Shown piece by piece: positions 23,098-32,873 of a stretch of 64,000 nt of DNA. The translations under genes were made by a program, and so were the position numbers. The notes beneath the pieces were generated by a model. The model saw nothing but the letters and a program-made list of their open reading frames with translations, searched no databases and was not told where the DNA came from. Every line of letters starts with the position of its first letter. The first letter of the stretch is position 1. The stretch comes from Escherichia coli (GTDB lineage Bacteria; Pseudomonadota; Gammaproteobacteria; Enterobacterales; Enterobacteriaceae), in NCBI RefSeq assembly GCF_003334765.1, contig NZ_QOWT01000002.1; one strand, given 5' to 3'.

Positions 23098-25260
23098 TTA
23101 TTTCGCATCCGACTTATATTCGTATTCGTAATAGCCATAATCCTGATACGCGCTGGCGCGGCGGAAGATGGAGTTCAGAATCACCCCTTTCACCGGAATA
23201 CCGTTTTGCTCAAAGCGGCTCAGACTGGTTTCCACTTCTTTCAAGGTGTTGACCGCATAACGCGCCACCATTAACGTGGTTCCGACATGACGACCAACAA
23301 TTGCCGCATCGGTCACTGCCAGAATCGGCGGCGTATCAATCAACACCAGGTCATAGTTTTTACTCGCCCAGTTCACCAGTTCGGCAAAGCGTTCGCTCAT
23401 CAACAGTTCAGAAGGATTTGGCGGCACCTGACCGCGCGGGATCAGGTCAAATTTGGCAATAGAGGTCGGTTTAGCAGCGGTAGTAATATCGCCCTGACCA
23501 ATCAGAATTTCCGACAGGCCATTAACGTTATTAGTGCCCAGCAGCTCGTGGGTGTAGCCTTTGCGCATATCGCAGTCGATCAACAACACCCGTTTATTGG
23601 TCTGGCTGATCACCGCCGCCAGGTTGGCGCAGACAAAGGTTTTACCGATTGACGGGCTAACCCCGGTCATCATCAACACATTGTTCTGTGCCTGCATCAT
23701 CGCGAAGTGCAGACTGGTACGCAGACTGCGGATGGCTTCAATCGCCAGATCGGTTGGATTCCCCATCGCCAGTAGCTGGCTCTGTTTATAGCGTTTAATC
23801 CCTTTGATGGTTTTGACGCTATCGCGCGCTTTCTGCCATTCCGACAGCGGGATGCTGGCATAGACGCTGATACCGTGTTCTTCCAGCACCTGCGGGCTTT
23901 CGATGCCGCGATTAAACAACGAGCGCAGCAGCACACCCACGATAGAAAGCATCAGGCCAAGGATAATCGCGCCGAGGATAATCAGCCCTTTCTTCGGTTT
24001 CAGCACGCCAGGCTGGGTGATTGCCGGGTCAACAATGCGCACATCGCCGACGGTGCTGGCTTCGGTGATTTTCAGCTCCTGCTCTTTATTCAGCAGTTGC
24101 ATATAGACCTGCTGACCAGACTCGACATCGCGGGTCAGACGGACAATTTCCTGCTGGGTTTTCGGCATCGCCGTTACGCGACCATTAAGTTTGGCTTTTT
24201 CGTCTTCCAGCGCCTGACGTTTCTCCAGCAGCGTGCGGTACGCGGGGTGAACTTTGGTGTACAGCTTGGAGATTTCCGCCTCTTTAAAGGTCAGTTCGTT
24301 CAACTGCGCGTCGATGTTCACCATCGAATCGAGCACCGCTTTCGCTTCCAGCGGCAGATCAACAGAATCTTTATCCTGACGGAAGGCATTCAGTTTGTTT
24401 TCGGCAACATCGAGGCGGCTACGTACTTCCGGTAACTGTTGCGCGAGGAAAGCGAGGCTTTTCGACGCTTCCGCCGATTTGCGCTCAATATTTTGTTCCT
24501 GATAGTTACGGGCGATGCTGTTAAGAATGTCGCGGATCTGTTCGCGATCTTCACCGGTATAAGTCAGGCTCAGTACGCCTGCGTCTTTGCCGTTCTCCGT
24601 TACCGTCAGGCTGTTTTGCAGTTGGTTGATCATCCCCAACGTGGAGTATTTGGTGACGGTAAACTCACTGCCCGGGCGGGCGTGAATGGCTTCAACCATC
24701 AGCGTGACGCCTTCTTTTTTCAGCATCTGGCCCGCTTGCCCACGGGCGCTAAAGCCGCCATCACTGCTCAGAGTGTAGTTTTTGTCATCCAGCACATTAA
24801 GCGTAAACACCTGGTCCGCCATCTCTTTCGGGCGGTTAAAGGTGGTCACTTTCACCGTCTCGTTCTGACGTCCCATCAGGCGATCCCAACCCGCACCGAA
24901 AATCGGGAACGTGTTTTTGCTCACCGCAATATCGAGGTCTAGATCGTCCACCGTTTTACCAAGCACCAGACGCGAACGAATCAACTGGATCTCGGCGTCC
25001 GATGCAGGCGGTTTGTTGGCTAATGCCGAGCCAATGTCCTGCACTAACGAATTGCCGCTGTTTTGTTCGATTTGTACCAGTGCGTCGGCACTATAAATCG
25101 GCGTGGCGAAGAAAGTGTAAACCACAGCACAGAGGGCAAATACAGCGGTGATGCCAATCACCCACCAGCGCGCTTCAATGACGGTGCCGACCAGGCGACC
25201 AATATCGATTTCATCACTGCCCGTTACCGGAGCGGCATGTTGTTTTACTTTTTCTGTCAT
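23098..25260 (-). CDS. wzc: tyrosine autokinase / polysaccharide co-polymerase Wzc
   Basis: ORF 23098..25296; start trimmed to ATG at 25260 (MTEKVKQHAAPVTG). Walker A region GVSPSIGKT and C-terminal tyrosine-rich tail YQDYGYYEYEYKSDAK. Confidence 0.93.
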   Translation of the reverse strand: MTEKVKQHAAPVTGSDEIDIGRLVGTVIEARWWVIGITAVFALCAVVYTFFATPIYSADALVQIEQNSGNSLVQDIGSALANKPPASDAEIQLIRSRLVLGKTVDDLDLDIAVSKNTFPIFGAGWDRLMGRQNETVKVTTFNRPKEMADQVFTLNVLDDKNYTLSSDGGFSARGQAGQMLKKEGVTLMVEAIHARPGSEFTVTKYSTLGMINQLQNSLTVTENGKDAGVLSLTYTGEDREQIRDILNSIARNYQEQNIERKSAEASKSLAFLAQQLPEVRSRLDVAENKLNAFRQDKDSVDLPLEAKAVLDSMVNIDAQLNELTFKEAEISKLYTKVHPAYRTLLEKRQALEDEKAKLNGRVTAMPKTQQEIVRLTRDVESGQQVYMQLLNKEQELKITEASTVGDVRIVDPAITQPGVLKPKKGLIILGAIILGLMLSIVGVLLRSLFNRGIESPQVLEEHGISVYASIPLSEWQKARDSVKTIKGIKRYKQSQLLAMGNPTDLAIEAIRSLRTSLHFAMMQAQNNVLMMTGVSPSIGKTFVCANLAAVISQTNKRVLLIDCDMRKGYTHELLGTNNVNGLSEILIGQGDITTAAKPTSIAKFDLIPRGQVPPNPSELLMSERFAELVNWASKNYDLVLIDTPPILAVTDAAIVGRHVGTTLMVARYAVNTLKEVETSLSRFEQNGIPVKGVILNSIFRRASAYQDYGYYEYEYKSDAK

Positions 25261-25262
25261 TC

Positions 25263-25706
25263 TTATACCTGCTCTGCGTTCAATGCCTGCGCCCACTGGC
25301 GGGCAGACCGTTCAAGTAATGTGTACACCGCTGCAAACGTTTCCCGGCTTTTGCGATACGGATCGGGGATTTCACATTCGTTATCCCAGTGACCAAACAG
25401 CATCACTTTGCCGCGCATCTCAGGTGCCATCTCGCATAAGCGTTCGATATGGCGCTTTTCCATGGTCAAAATCAGGTCATAGTTGCGACACAGGCGGCGG
25501 CTGATTTGCCGTGCACAGTGACCTTCCAGAGACAGTTGATGTTCTGCGGCGACGCTGATAGCGGTAGGATTAGCGCCCTTACCGACCAGCGCGCCGAGTC
25601 CAGCGGACTCCACTTTCAGCTCCGGGTGATAACGTTGCAGTAAGCGTTCCGCCGTCGGGGAACGGCAAATATTGCCGACACAGACAACTAAGATGTTGTT
25701 AAACAT
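25263..25706 (-). CDS. wzb: low-molecular-weight protein-tyrosine phosphatase Wzb
   Basis: 147-aa ORF; active-site motif CVGNICRSP near N-terminus. Confidence 0.95.
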   Translation of the reverse strand: MFNNILVVCVGNICRSPTAERLLQRYHPELKVESAGLGALVGKGANPTAISVAAEHQLSLEGHCARQISRRLCRNYDLILTMEKRHIERLCEMAPEMRGKVMLFGHWDNECEIPDPYRKSRETFAAVYTLLERSARQWAQALNAEQV

Positions 25707-25711
25707 GACGA

Positions 25712-26851
25712 TTACCAGTTATGAATGTCGCTGGCTGTATCCGTCATGTAACGGACACCGCTAATAGTTGGCAGCAACTGATTGATCAGACGGTTCCAGC
25801 GGGAAACCGGGGCGGTGGTGACATACACCACGTCATAAGGTTGCAGGCGGAATTCTGTCGCCATCACCAGCGACGTCGCATCGGACATATCCAGCTGGTA
25901 GATATTGGCAATCTTGCCGTTACGCCCGCCCTCGCCTTTCAGCGGACGAATGACAAAGATGCCGCTGGCGTTGGAGGTGGTCATGTCGATACCTTCGGCA
26001 TTGCCCAGGGCTTCAGTCAGGGTCATGCCGCTAAAGTCCATTTTCAGGGTGCTCTGTTTCTTCACTTCACCCATCACAAACACTTTCAGATCATCATTAC
26101 GCGGCACGTAGAGAATATCGCCGGGGTAAAGCAGTCGGTTCTGATTGAGGTCGCCGTTTTGCATCAGCGCCTGCAAAGAAATGCGTTCTTCACGACCATT
26201 GTGTGTTAGCACCACGTTGCGCCAGTCAGCGGTGTCGGTCAGGCCACCTGCGGCGTTGATGGCGTCGAGAATGGTCAGTGGTACGTTGGTGATCGCCTGT
26301 TGACCGGATTTATTCACCTGACCTGAGATATAGGCCTTTTGCGAGCGGAAGGCGGCGATATTAACATCCACCTGCGGGTCAGCGATGTACGTCGCTAAGC
26401 GCCCGGTAATATCACTGCGGATTTCAGCGAGCGTTTTCCCGACTACGTGGACCTTGCCGATATACGGGTAAAACATAGTGCCGTCAGGCTGTACCCAGTT
26501 GCCGGTGTCGCTGGAGCTGCGGTACTGACCGGCTGGCGTGGTGAGTTCCGGGTGATCCCAGACGGTGACATTCAGAACGTCGCCCGGCCCGACGCGATAC
26601 TGGTAATTCGCGATCTCACTTTCCAGCGTCATATTGGGGCGCGCTACATTCGGGCGTGGGCGTAATTGGTCAATCAGGCGCGGGGTCAGCGGATAAACAT
26701 TCACCATTTTGTCGAGATCGAAATCAGCGTCCTGCTGTTTGATGACGTCTTTGCCCATCGTCGACATATTGCTGCCCGGAAGTACTGTGCAACCGCTTAT
26801 CAAGGTTACTGACACCAATAATGGCATCAATTTCATTTTGGATTTCATCAT
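25712..26851 (-). CDS. wza: outer membrane polysaccharide export lipoprotein Wza
   Basis: 379-aa ORF; signal peptide with lipobox LISGC; first gene of cps operon. Confidence 0.93.
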   Translation of the reverse strand: MMKSKMKLMPLLVSVTLISGCTVLPGSNMSTMGKDVIKQQDADFDLDKMVNVYPLTPRLIDQLRPRPNVARPNMTLESEIANYQYRVGPGDVLNVTVWDHPELTTPAGQYRSSSDTGNWVQPDGTMFYPYIGKVHVVGKTLAEIRSDITGRLATYIADPQVDVNIAAFRSQKAYISGQVNKSGQQAITNVPLTILDAINAAGGLTDTADWRNVVLTHNGREERISLQALMQNGDLNQNRLLYPGDILYVPRNDDLKVFVMGEVKKQSTLKMDFSGMTLTEALGNAEGIDMTTSNASGIFVIRPLKGEGGRNGKIANIYQLDMSDATSLVMATEFRLQPYDVVYVTTAPVSRWNRLINQLLPTISGVRYMTDTASDIHNW

Positions 26852-27029
26852 TGTTTATTTATCACTTTGGCAGAGTAATTATCCTGTGCACTATTAATAG
26901 CAATGTCGCCATGCACATTTACCTTGCAGTTAATTGAATACAAATTTAACTGGCATCAGTCCTAAAAAAATTGATTTCATCCGCAGGCTATTGACAGAAT
27001 AATTCAGACTGGTCTTTCAGGCATCCAGA

Positions 27030-27041
27030 CACGCTACCGCC
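27030..27041 (-). promoter_or_regulatory. ops element (GGCGGTAGCGTG) in the cps/wza leader (JUMPstart)
   Basis: Plus strand CACGCTACCGCC; same 12-mer and similar flank (ACACGCTACCGCCCCTGGCTTTTT) as the copy at 1670..1681; about 180 nt upstream of the wza start codon. Confidence 0.75.
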
Positions 27042-27509
27042 CCTGGCTTTTTAGCTACCAATACACTGATTTAGCTTAATTTTTCAAACCCTCTCTGCAT
27101 ACAATCGTTGATGAGAAAGGGTTATTGCGGAAATTAACTTCCGAATATAAGGTGACATTATGGTAATTGAATATTGGCTCTCCAATAATGCAGGAGGAAG
27201 TGTTACAGCTAACGGAATAGCAGGCAAGGTAACAATTCGGCAATTGGCTATTTTTAAGAATTATATTAAGTGTCATTCAATATGGTTTTTAGGAGTTTCT
27301 TTAGGTTGACAATATTTAATATTGCGTCTCCACATGCGATATTTCTTAAATAATGTTTTATTATTACCACTTTTAATTCAGGGATAATGTGAGGTTATTA
27401 CCCTCAAATAATATGAGATAAATAGTGCTGCAACATTGCATTTTTGCCCCGATTTATCCATGATCGAATTGTGACATTTGTCATACAACGAATAGGTTTT
27501 GTACTTACT

Positions 27510-29093
27510 ATGGAATGGATTGCCGATCCGTCTATCTGGGCCGGGTTAATCACGCTGATTGTGATCGAACTGGTCCTCGGCATTGATAACCTGGTCTTTA
27601 TTGCCATCCTCGCCGAAAAACTACCGCCGAAGCAGCGCGACCGCGCACGGGTTACCGGGCTGCTGCTGGCGATGTTAATGCGCCTGTTACTGCTGGCGTC
27701 AATCTCCTGGCTGGTCACCCTGACTCAACCGCTGTTCAGCTTCCGCTCGTTTACCTTTAGCGCCCGCGACTTAATCATGCTGTTTGGTGGTTTCTTCCTG
27801 TTGTTCAAAGCCACGATGGAGCTGAACGAACGGCTGGAAGGGAAAGACAGCAATAATCCCACACAACGCAAAGGTGCGAAGTTCTGGGGCGTGGTGACGC
27901 AAATTGTGGTACTGGACGCCATTTTCTCACTCGACTCAGTGATTACCGCCGTCGGGATGGTCGACCATTTACTGGTCATGATGGCCGCCGTGGTTATCGC
28001 TATCAGCCTGATGTTGATGGCCAGCAAGCCGTTAACGCAATTTGTTAACAGTCACCCGACGATCGTTATTCTCTGCTTAAGCTTCCTGTTGATGATTGGC
28101 TTTAGCCTGGTGGCAGAAGGTTTCGGCTTCGTCATTCCGAAAGGCTACCTGTACGCTGCCATTGGTTTCTCGGTGATGATCGAGGCGCTCAATCAGTTGG
28201 CTATCTTTAACCGGCGACGTTTTCTTTCCGCTAACCAGACGCTGCGCCAGCGGACTACCGAAGCGGTAATGCGCCTGCTTAGCGGGCAAAAAGAAGATGC
28301 GGAACTGGACGCCGAAACCGCGTCCATGCTGGTGGATCATGGTAACCAGCAGATCTTTAATCCGCAGGAACGGCGGATGATTGAGCGGGTACTTAATCTT
28401 AACCAGCGTACCGTCAGCAGCATTATGACGTCGCGCCACGATATTGAGCATATCGATCTCAACGCGCCGGAAGACGAGATCCGCCAGTTACTGGAGCGAA
28501 ATCAGCATACGCGGCTGGTGGTTACCGACGGTGATGATGCAGAAGATTTGCTCGGTGTTGTTCACGTTATCGACCTGCTACAACAGTCACTGCGCGGCGA
28601 ACCGCTCAACCTGCGGGTGTTGATTCGCCAGCCGCTGGTGTTCCCGGAAACCTTGCCGTTGTTACCTGCCCTGGAGCAGTTCCGTAATGCCCGCACGCAC
28701 TTTGCTTTTGTGGTGGATGAGTTTGGCTCGGTGGAAGGGATTGTGACATTAAGTGACGTCACTGAAACCATTGCCGGTAACTTACCGAACGAAGTGGAAG
28801 AGATCGACGCCCGCCATGATATTCAGAAGAATGCGGACGGTTCCTGGACGGCGAATGGTCATATGCCGCTGGAAGATCTGGTGCAATATGTGCCGCTGCC
28901 GCTGGATGAAAAACGTGAATATCACACCATTGCCGGGCTGTTGATGGAGTATTTGCAACGTATTCCAAAACCTGGCGAAGAAGTTCAGGTGGGGGATTAT
29001 TTGCTTAAAACGTTGCAGGTGGAAAGCCATCGCGTGCAGAAGGTGCAGATTATTCCACTGCGTAAGGATGGCGAGATGGAGTACGAGGTGTGA
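27510..29093 (+). CDS. yegH: TerC-family membrane protein with CBS pair and CorC/HlyC C-terminal domain, YegH
   Basis: ORF 27444..29093; start trimmed to ATG at 27510 ([16 protein letters not shown]). Domain order judged from sequence character and family knowledge. Confidence 0.88.
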   Translation: MEWIADPSIWAGLITLIVIELVLGIDNLVFIAILAEKLPPKQRDRARVTGLLLAMLMRLLLLASISWLVTLTQPLFSFRSFTFSARDLIMLFGGFFLLFKATMELNERLEGKDSNNPTQRKGAKFWGVVTQIVVLDAIFSLDSVITAVGMVDHLLVMMAAVVIAISLMLMASKPLTQFVNSHPTIVILCLSFLLMIGFSLVAEGFGFVIPKGYLYAAIGFSVMIEALNQLAIFNRRRFLSANQTLRQRTTEAVMRLLSGQKEDAELDAETASMLVDHGNQQIFNPQERRMIERVLNLNQRTVSSIMTSRHDIEHIDLNAPEDEIRQLLERNQHTRLVVTDGDDAEDLLGVVHVIDLLQQSLRGEPLNLRVLIRQPLVFPETLPLLPALEQFRNARTHFAFVVDEFGSVEGIVTLSDVTETIAGNLPNEVEEIDARHDIQKNADGSWTANGHMPLEDLVQYVPLPLDEKREYHTIAGLLMEYLQRIPKPGEEVQVGDYLLKTLQVESHRVQKVQIIPLRKDGEMEYEV

Positions 29094-29309
29094 TGGTATC
29101 GGTCATTTTACCCGATAGCCGAAAGGAATAAGATGAGGGAACCGCGCCAGCGGCGATTTACCGCCGGGAGCCCGGGTTGCCAGGGTGGTGGCGATTGAGC
29201 CACCCTGGCACGTTCACCGGCTTGAGCGTTCCATAGTAGTGAGGAACATCAAGTGAACGGAACAGCCTTCGATCTTACATATTCAGAATATAATGGTGCC
29301 GCCGCGAAC

Positions 29310-29346
29310 GCCTGATGCGACGCTTTACGCGTCTTATCAGGCCTAC
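29310..29346. repeat. REP element
   Basis: GCCTGATGCGACGCTTTACGCGTCTTATCAGGCCTAC, canonical REP palindrome between convergent yegH and asmA. Confidence 0.85.
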
Positions 29347-29366
29347 AGGACAGGTCACCTGGTAAC

Positions 29367-31220
29367 CTACATCTTCTCCAGCAACTTCTTCACATCTTTG
29401 CCATTGCGGGAATCTTTATTCCGCTCGGCCCAGTCATTCAGGCGACGTTTCGCTTCGTCCTGTAGATGTTTGCGCAGTAACTGATCCACTTGCAGACTGT
29501 AATTGAGTTGCTGCCAGTTGCCATAAACCCGCAGCGGTACTGGCGTTTCTTTGAGGAAATCAATCAGTTTGCTTTCCCCGTTCCAGCCACCCACGACCCG
29601 AATATCAAACTGGGTGTCGCAGGTTTGATCTGCCAGATTCAACATGCCTTCCCCTGTCAGCGCCAGCACAGGCGATTGACCTTGCATGTCGTTTAACGTC
29701 ACGACGCCATCCTTCAACGTCAAATCGGTGGTAAAGCGGTCAAGCCGCGTCACGTTATCAAAGTTTTCAGCGGCCTTCACATCACCGCCATTACGCTCTA
29801 CCGCTTGCTGAATCATCTGCTGGAAGTTCATCCCTTCCATGCGCGTGTCGGTCATTTTGACATGTGCCTGTCCTTGCCAGTTGTGGCGGAATGCGTCGGC
29901 ATCTATGTCAGCACCGGAGAAATCACCAGCCAGTGACATTTTTCCGGTCAACGAAATCGGATAGTTAAACGCCTTCAGAATGGTACCAATCTCAACGTTT
30001 TCCAGCCGTGGCTGGAAGTTTATCCGCGGATTTATTGATGTCGCGTCCAGCGTGCCCGGCAGTGAAACCTGTCCACCGTTAAGCTTGCCCTGCAGTTGAG
30101 TAATTTCCAGCAAACCCGACTTGTTGGTCATTTGCGTGGCAACATCTGTAAAATTCATTCCGCGCCAGCGCACGTTACTGGCCTGCAACAAAATATCAGC
30201 CGTAAAGCCTTGCAGTCCCTGATATGCCGGTTCATCAATACGCGAAGAAATGACCGGGCGCGGCAATGTTGATTGGCTCTGCCCCTGCTGCGCGGCACCG
30301 TTTTCACCATTCGCTGTTTCATTAAGCGGGATGAGGTTGTCAAGATTCAGTTGCGGGAATTGCAGTCTCAGCTGCCATTCAGGTTTCTCTGTCAGCGTGA
30401 CCTGTGCTTGCCCGCTCAGCGTGCTGTCATTGGCGGTCAAGCTGATTTGGTTAAATGAAAGGCGTTTATGTGACTCCTGCCACTGGGCCTGGAAACTCCC
30501 CTGCCCCTGAATACCTTGTTTTGGTAAATCTGCACCCTGCAACTGCCAGTTAATTTGTTCAATAGCCGCCGTTAAATCATGCGGATAATCAGAAGCATCT
30601 ACCGTACCGTTAAGGGATATCGTGAGATCGCGCTGATCGCGATTAACCCGCCCGGAGAACTCAAATGAGCCACGATGTTGGGGATCTTGTTCCATTTGCA
30701 GGCGGATATTGCGGATTGTCACCTGCTCGTCATCTTCATGCTGGAACACCAGCACGCTGTCCGCCACCTTAAGACTGGATATATCAAACGACCATCCGCG
30801 ATCGTCTGACAGATCCGGCAAGGTATTGTCGCGCGGTGCAACCGGAGCGTCTTCACTGCGCACCGCTTCCGTCTGCGGCGTCAGTTGGATCACTGCCCCT
30901 TTTAGCATCACCTGCTTAACGCTCAGTTGATGACTCAGTAGTGGTAAAAGCGCCACGTCCAGACGCATGTTGTCGGCGCGAACCAGTGGCTGGCTTGCGC
31001 CCTGGGCGGTGAGAGACATTCGCCCGGAGAGGATACTAAGCTGCGGCCAGACGTGCCAACGCAGTGGCCCGTCGAGCTGCAATTGATAACCGCTACGTGC
31101 AGCAACTTGCTTGACCATATAGTCGCGGAAATCATTCGGATTCACCAGCAACACTAACGCAGATAACCCGGCCACCAGCACGACCAGGAGTATCATCAGC
31201 GTCGTCAGAAATCGTCTCAT
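29367..31220 (-). CDS. asmA: AsmA (outer membrane assembly / AsmA-like lipid transport family)
   Basis: 617-aa ORF with N-terminal TM anchor (LMILLVVLVAGLSALVLLV); synteny upstream of dcd. Confidence 0.9.
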   Translation of the reverse strand: MRRFLTTLMILLVVLVAGLSALVLLVNPNDFRDYMVKQVAARSGYQLQLDGPLRWHVWPQLSILSGRMSLTAQGASQPLVRADNMRLDVALLPLLSHQLSVKQVMLKGAVIQLTPQTEAVRSEDAPVAPRDNTLPDLSDDRGWSFDISSLKVADSVLVFQHEDDEQVTIRNIRLQMEQDPQHRGSFEFSGRVNRDQRDLTISLNGTVDASDYPHDLTAAIEQINWQLQGADLPKQGIQGQGSFQAQWQESHKRLSFNQISLTANDSTLSGQAQVTLTEKPEWQLRLQFPQLNLDNLIPLNETANGENGAAQQGQSQSTLPRPVISSRIDEPAYQGLQGFTADILLQASNVRWRGMNFTDVATQMTNKSGLLEITQLQGKLNGGQVSLPGTLDATSINPRINFQPRLENVEIGTILKAFNYPISLTGKMSLAGDFSGADIDADAFRHNWQGQAHVKMTDTRMEGMNFQQMIQQAVERNGGDVKAAENFDNVTRLDRFTTDLTLKDGVVTLNDMQGQSPVLALTGEGMLNLADQTCDTQFDIRVVGGWNGESKLIDFLKETPVPLRVYGNWQQLNYSLQVDQLLRKHLQDEAKRRLNDWAERNKDSRNGKDVKKLLEKM

Positions 31221-31241
31221 GGTATCCTCAATGGGCCTGAA

Positions 31242-31823
31242 TTAGTCTTTATCGATTCGGCTGGCTACCGCGCCCTGCTGGTTGCGATATTTCGCATCTT
31301 CACGGCGGTTGTAAGGTCGCGCCGCCGGGCCGGAAAGCGGCTCAAAGCTCAGCGCACCAATTAACATGCCCGGACGCAGCGCCAGCGGCAGCTTACCGGA
31401 GTTGTAGAACTCCAGCACAATGCAACCAGACCAGCCCGGATCGATACGGTGCGCGGTGACGTGCACCATCAGCCCCAGACGCGCCAAAGAGGAACGCCCG
31501 TCCAGCCAGCCCACCAGATCGGCTGGCAGCGTCACCGACTCCAGCGTCACCGCCAGCGCCAGCTCTCCTGGGTGAAGATAGAACGCCTCGCCCTCGTCGA
31601 GAACGATCTCATCGCTCATCACGCGGTCAAGCGCGGCGCTCACTTCATCTTTGGGACCGCTCAGATCGATAAACGCTGCCGTGTGACCACGGAAGGTACG
31701 AAATTTATTGCCCAGGCGTACATCCACCGTCGCGCCGTTAATACGCTCCACTGGCGGACGTGGGTTGATCGACAAACGGCCCTCATCAAGCCAGGCTTCA
31801 ATATCTCGGTCACACAGACGCAT
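31242..31823 (-). CDS. dcd: dCTP deaminase
   Basis: 193-aa [20 protein letters not shown]...; Dcd/dUTPase-like fold family. Confidence 0.95.
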
Positions 31824-31914
31824 GGCATTTTCTCCTTTCGCGCATCACTCCCTTAACGCCAATTACGTCAAGGGCATACCAGGTTATCACTGAACGGTAC
31901 ACAATTTATCAAGC

Positions 31915-32556
31915 TTATTCAAAGAACTGACTTATTTTCGCTTTCAATATATCGATCGCGATGCGGTTTTTCCCGCCGCGCGGCACGATAATGTCCGCAT
32001 ATTGTTTAGAAGGCTCAATGAATTGCAGGAACATCGGGCGCACGGTTTTTTGATATTGCGCCATCACTGAATCCATTGAACGCCCACGCTCGTTAACGTC
32101 ACGCTTGATGCGGCGCATCAGGCAGATATCCAGCGGGGTATCAACGAAAATGGAGAAGTTAAGTTCGTCACGCAAACGCGCATCCGTCAGCAACAAAATG
32201 CCTTCGAGAATGATGACCTTCTTCGGCTCAACCGTCACCGTTTCTTTCATACGCGTATGTTCAACATAGCTGTAAACCGGCAGGTCAATTGCCGAGCCGC
32301 GTTTCAACGCTTGTAAATGCTCAAGCAACAGGCTGTGATCCATCGCGCTGGGATGGTCGTAGTTGGTCTTAACGCGTTCTTCCATCGACAGATGGCTTTG
32401 ATCTTTGTAATAGCAGTCTTCGGGAATTACGCCGATGTGTTCATCACCGACTTGCTCACGTAATTCACGATAAAGGGTACTGGCAATAAGACTCTTGCCG
32501 GAAGCCGATGCGCCAGCGATACCGATAATGACGCACTGATGAGACTGATCAGTCAT
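31915..32556 (-). CDS. udk: uridine/cytidine kinase
   Basis: ORF 31915..32619; start trimmed to ATG at 32556 ([23 protein letters not shown]-loop). Confidence 0.95.
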
Positions 32557-32873
32557 ATATTTAGCGACCTGATTAACCTGGATGTTAGGAAGGGGGCGAC
32601 GAAGCGCCAAACGCGGCAATTATAGGGATTTCATCCGCCTGATACCAGTCGAATAGCGCTGCCGCGCGCTCAGAGTTAATTGTTGACGAAGAATTCCCGG
32701 TGGCAAATTACGTTGATCAGTTTTATACAAGGTAAAAAATGTTATACGCAGTTGCGCAAATTATCCGCCTTTACGTCACTTTATGAGCAATTCGCATATA
32801 AAATGTAAAACTTTTGTACTAGCATAAACACAGAAACGAATACTGGCGACCTGGTCTTGCGGATAAAGCGGTA

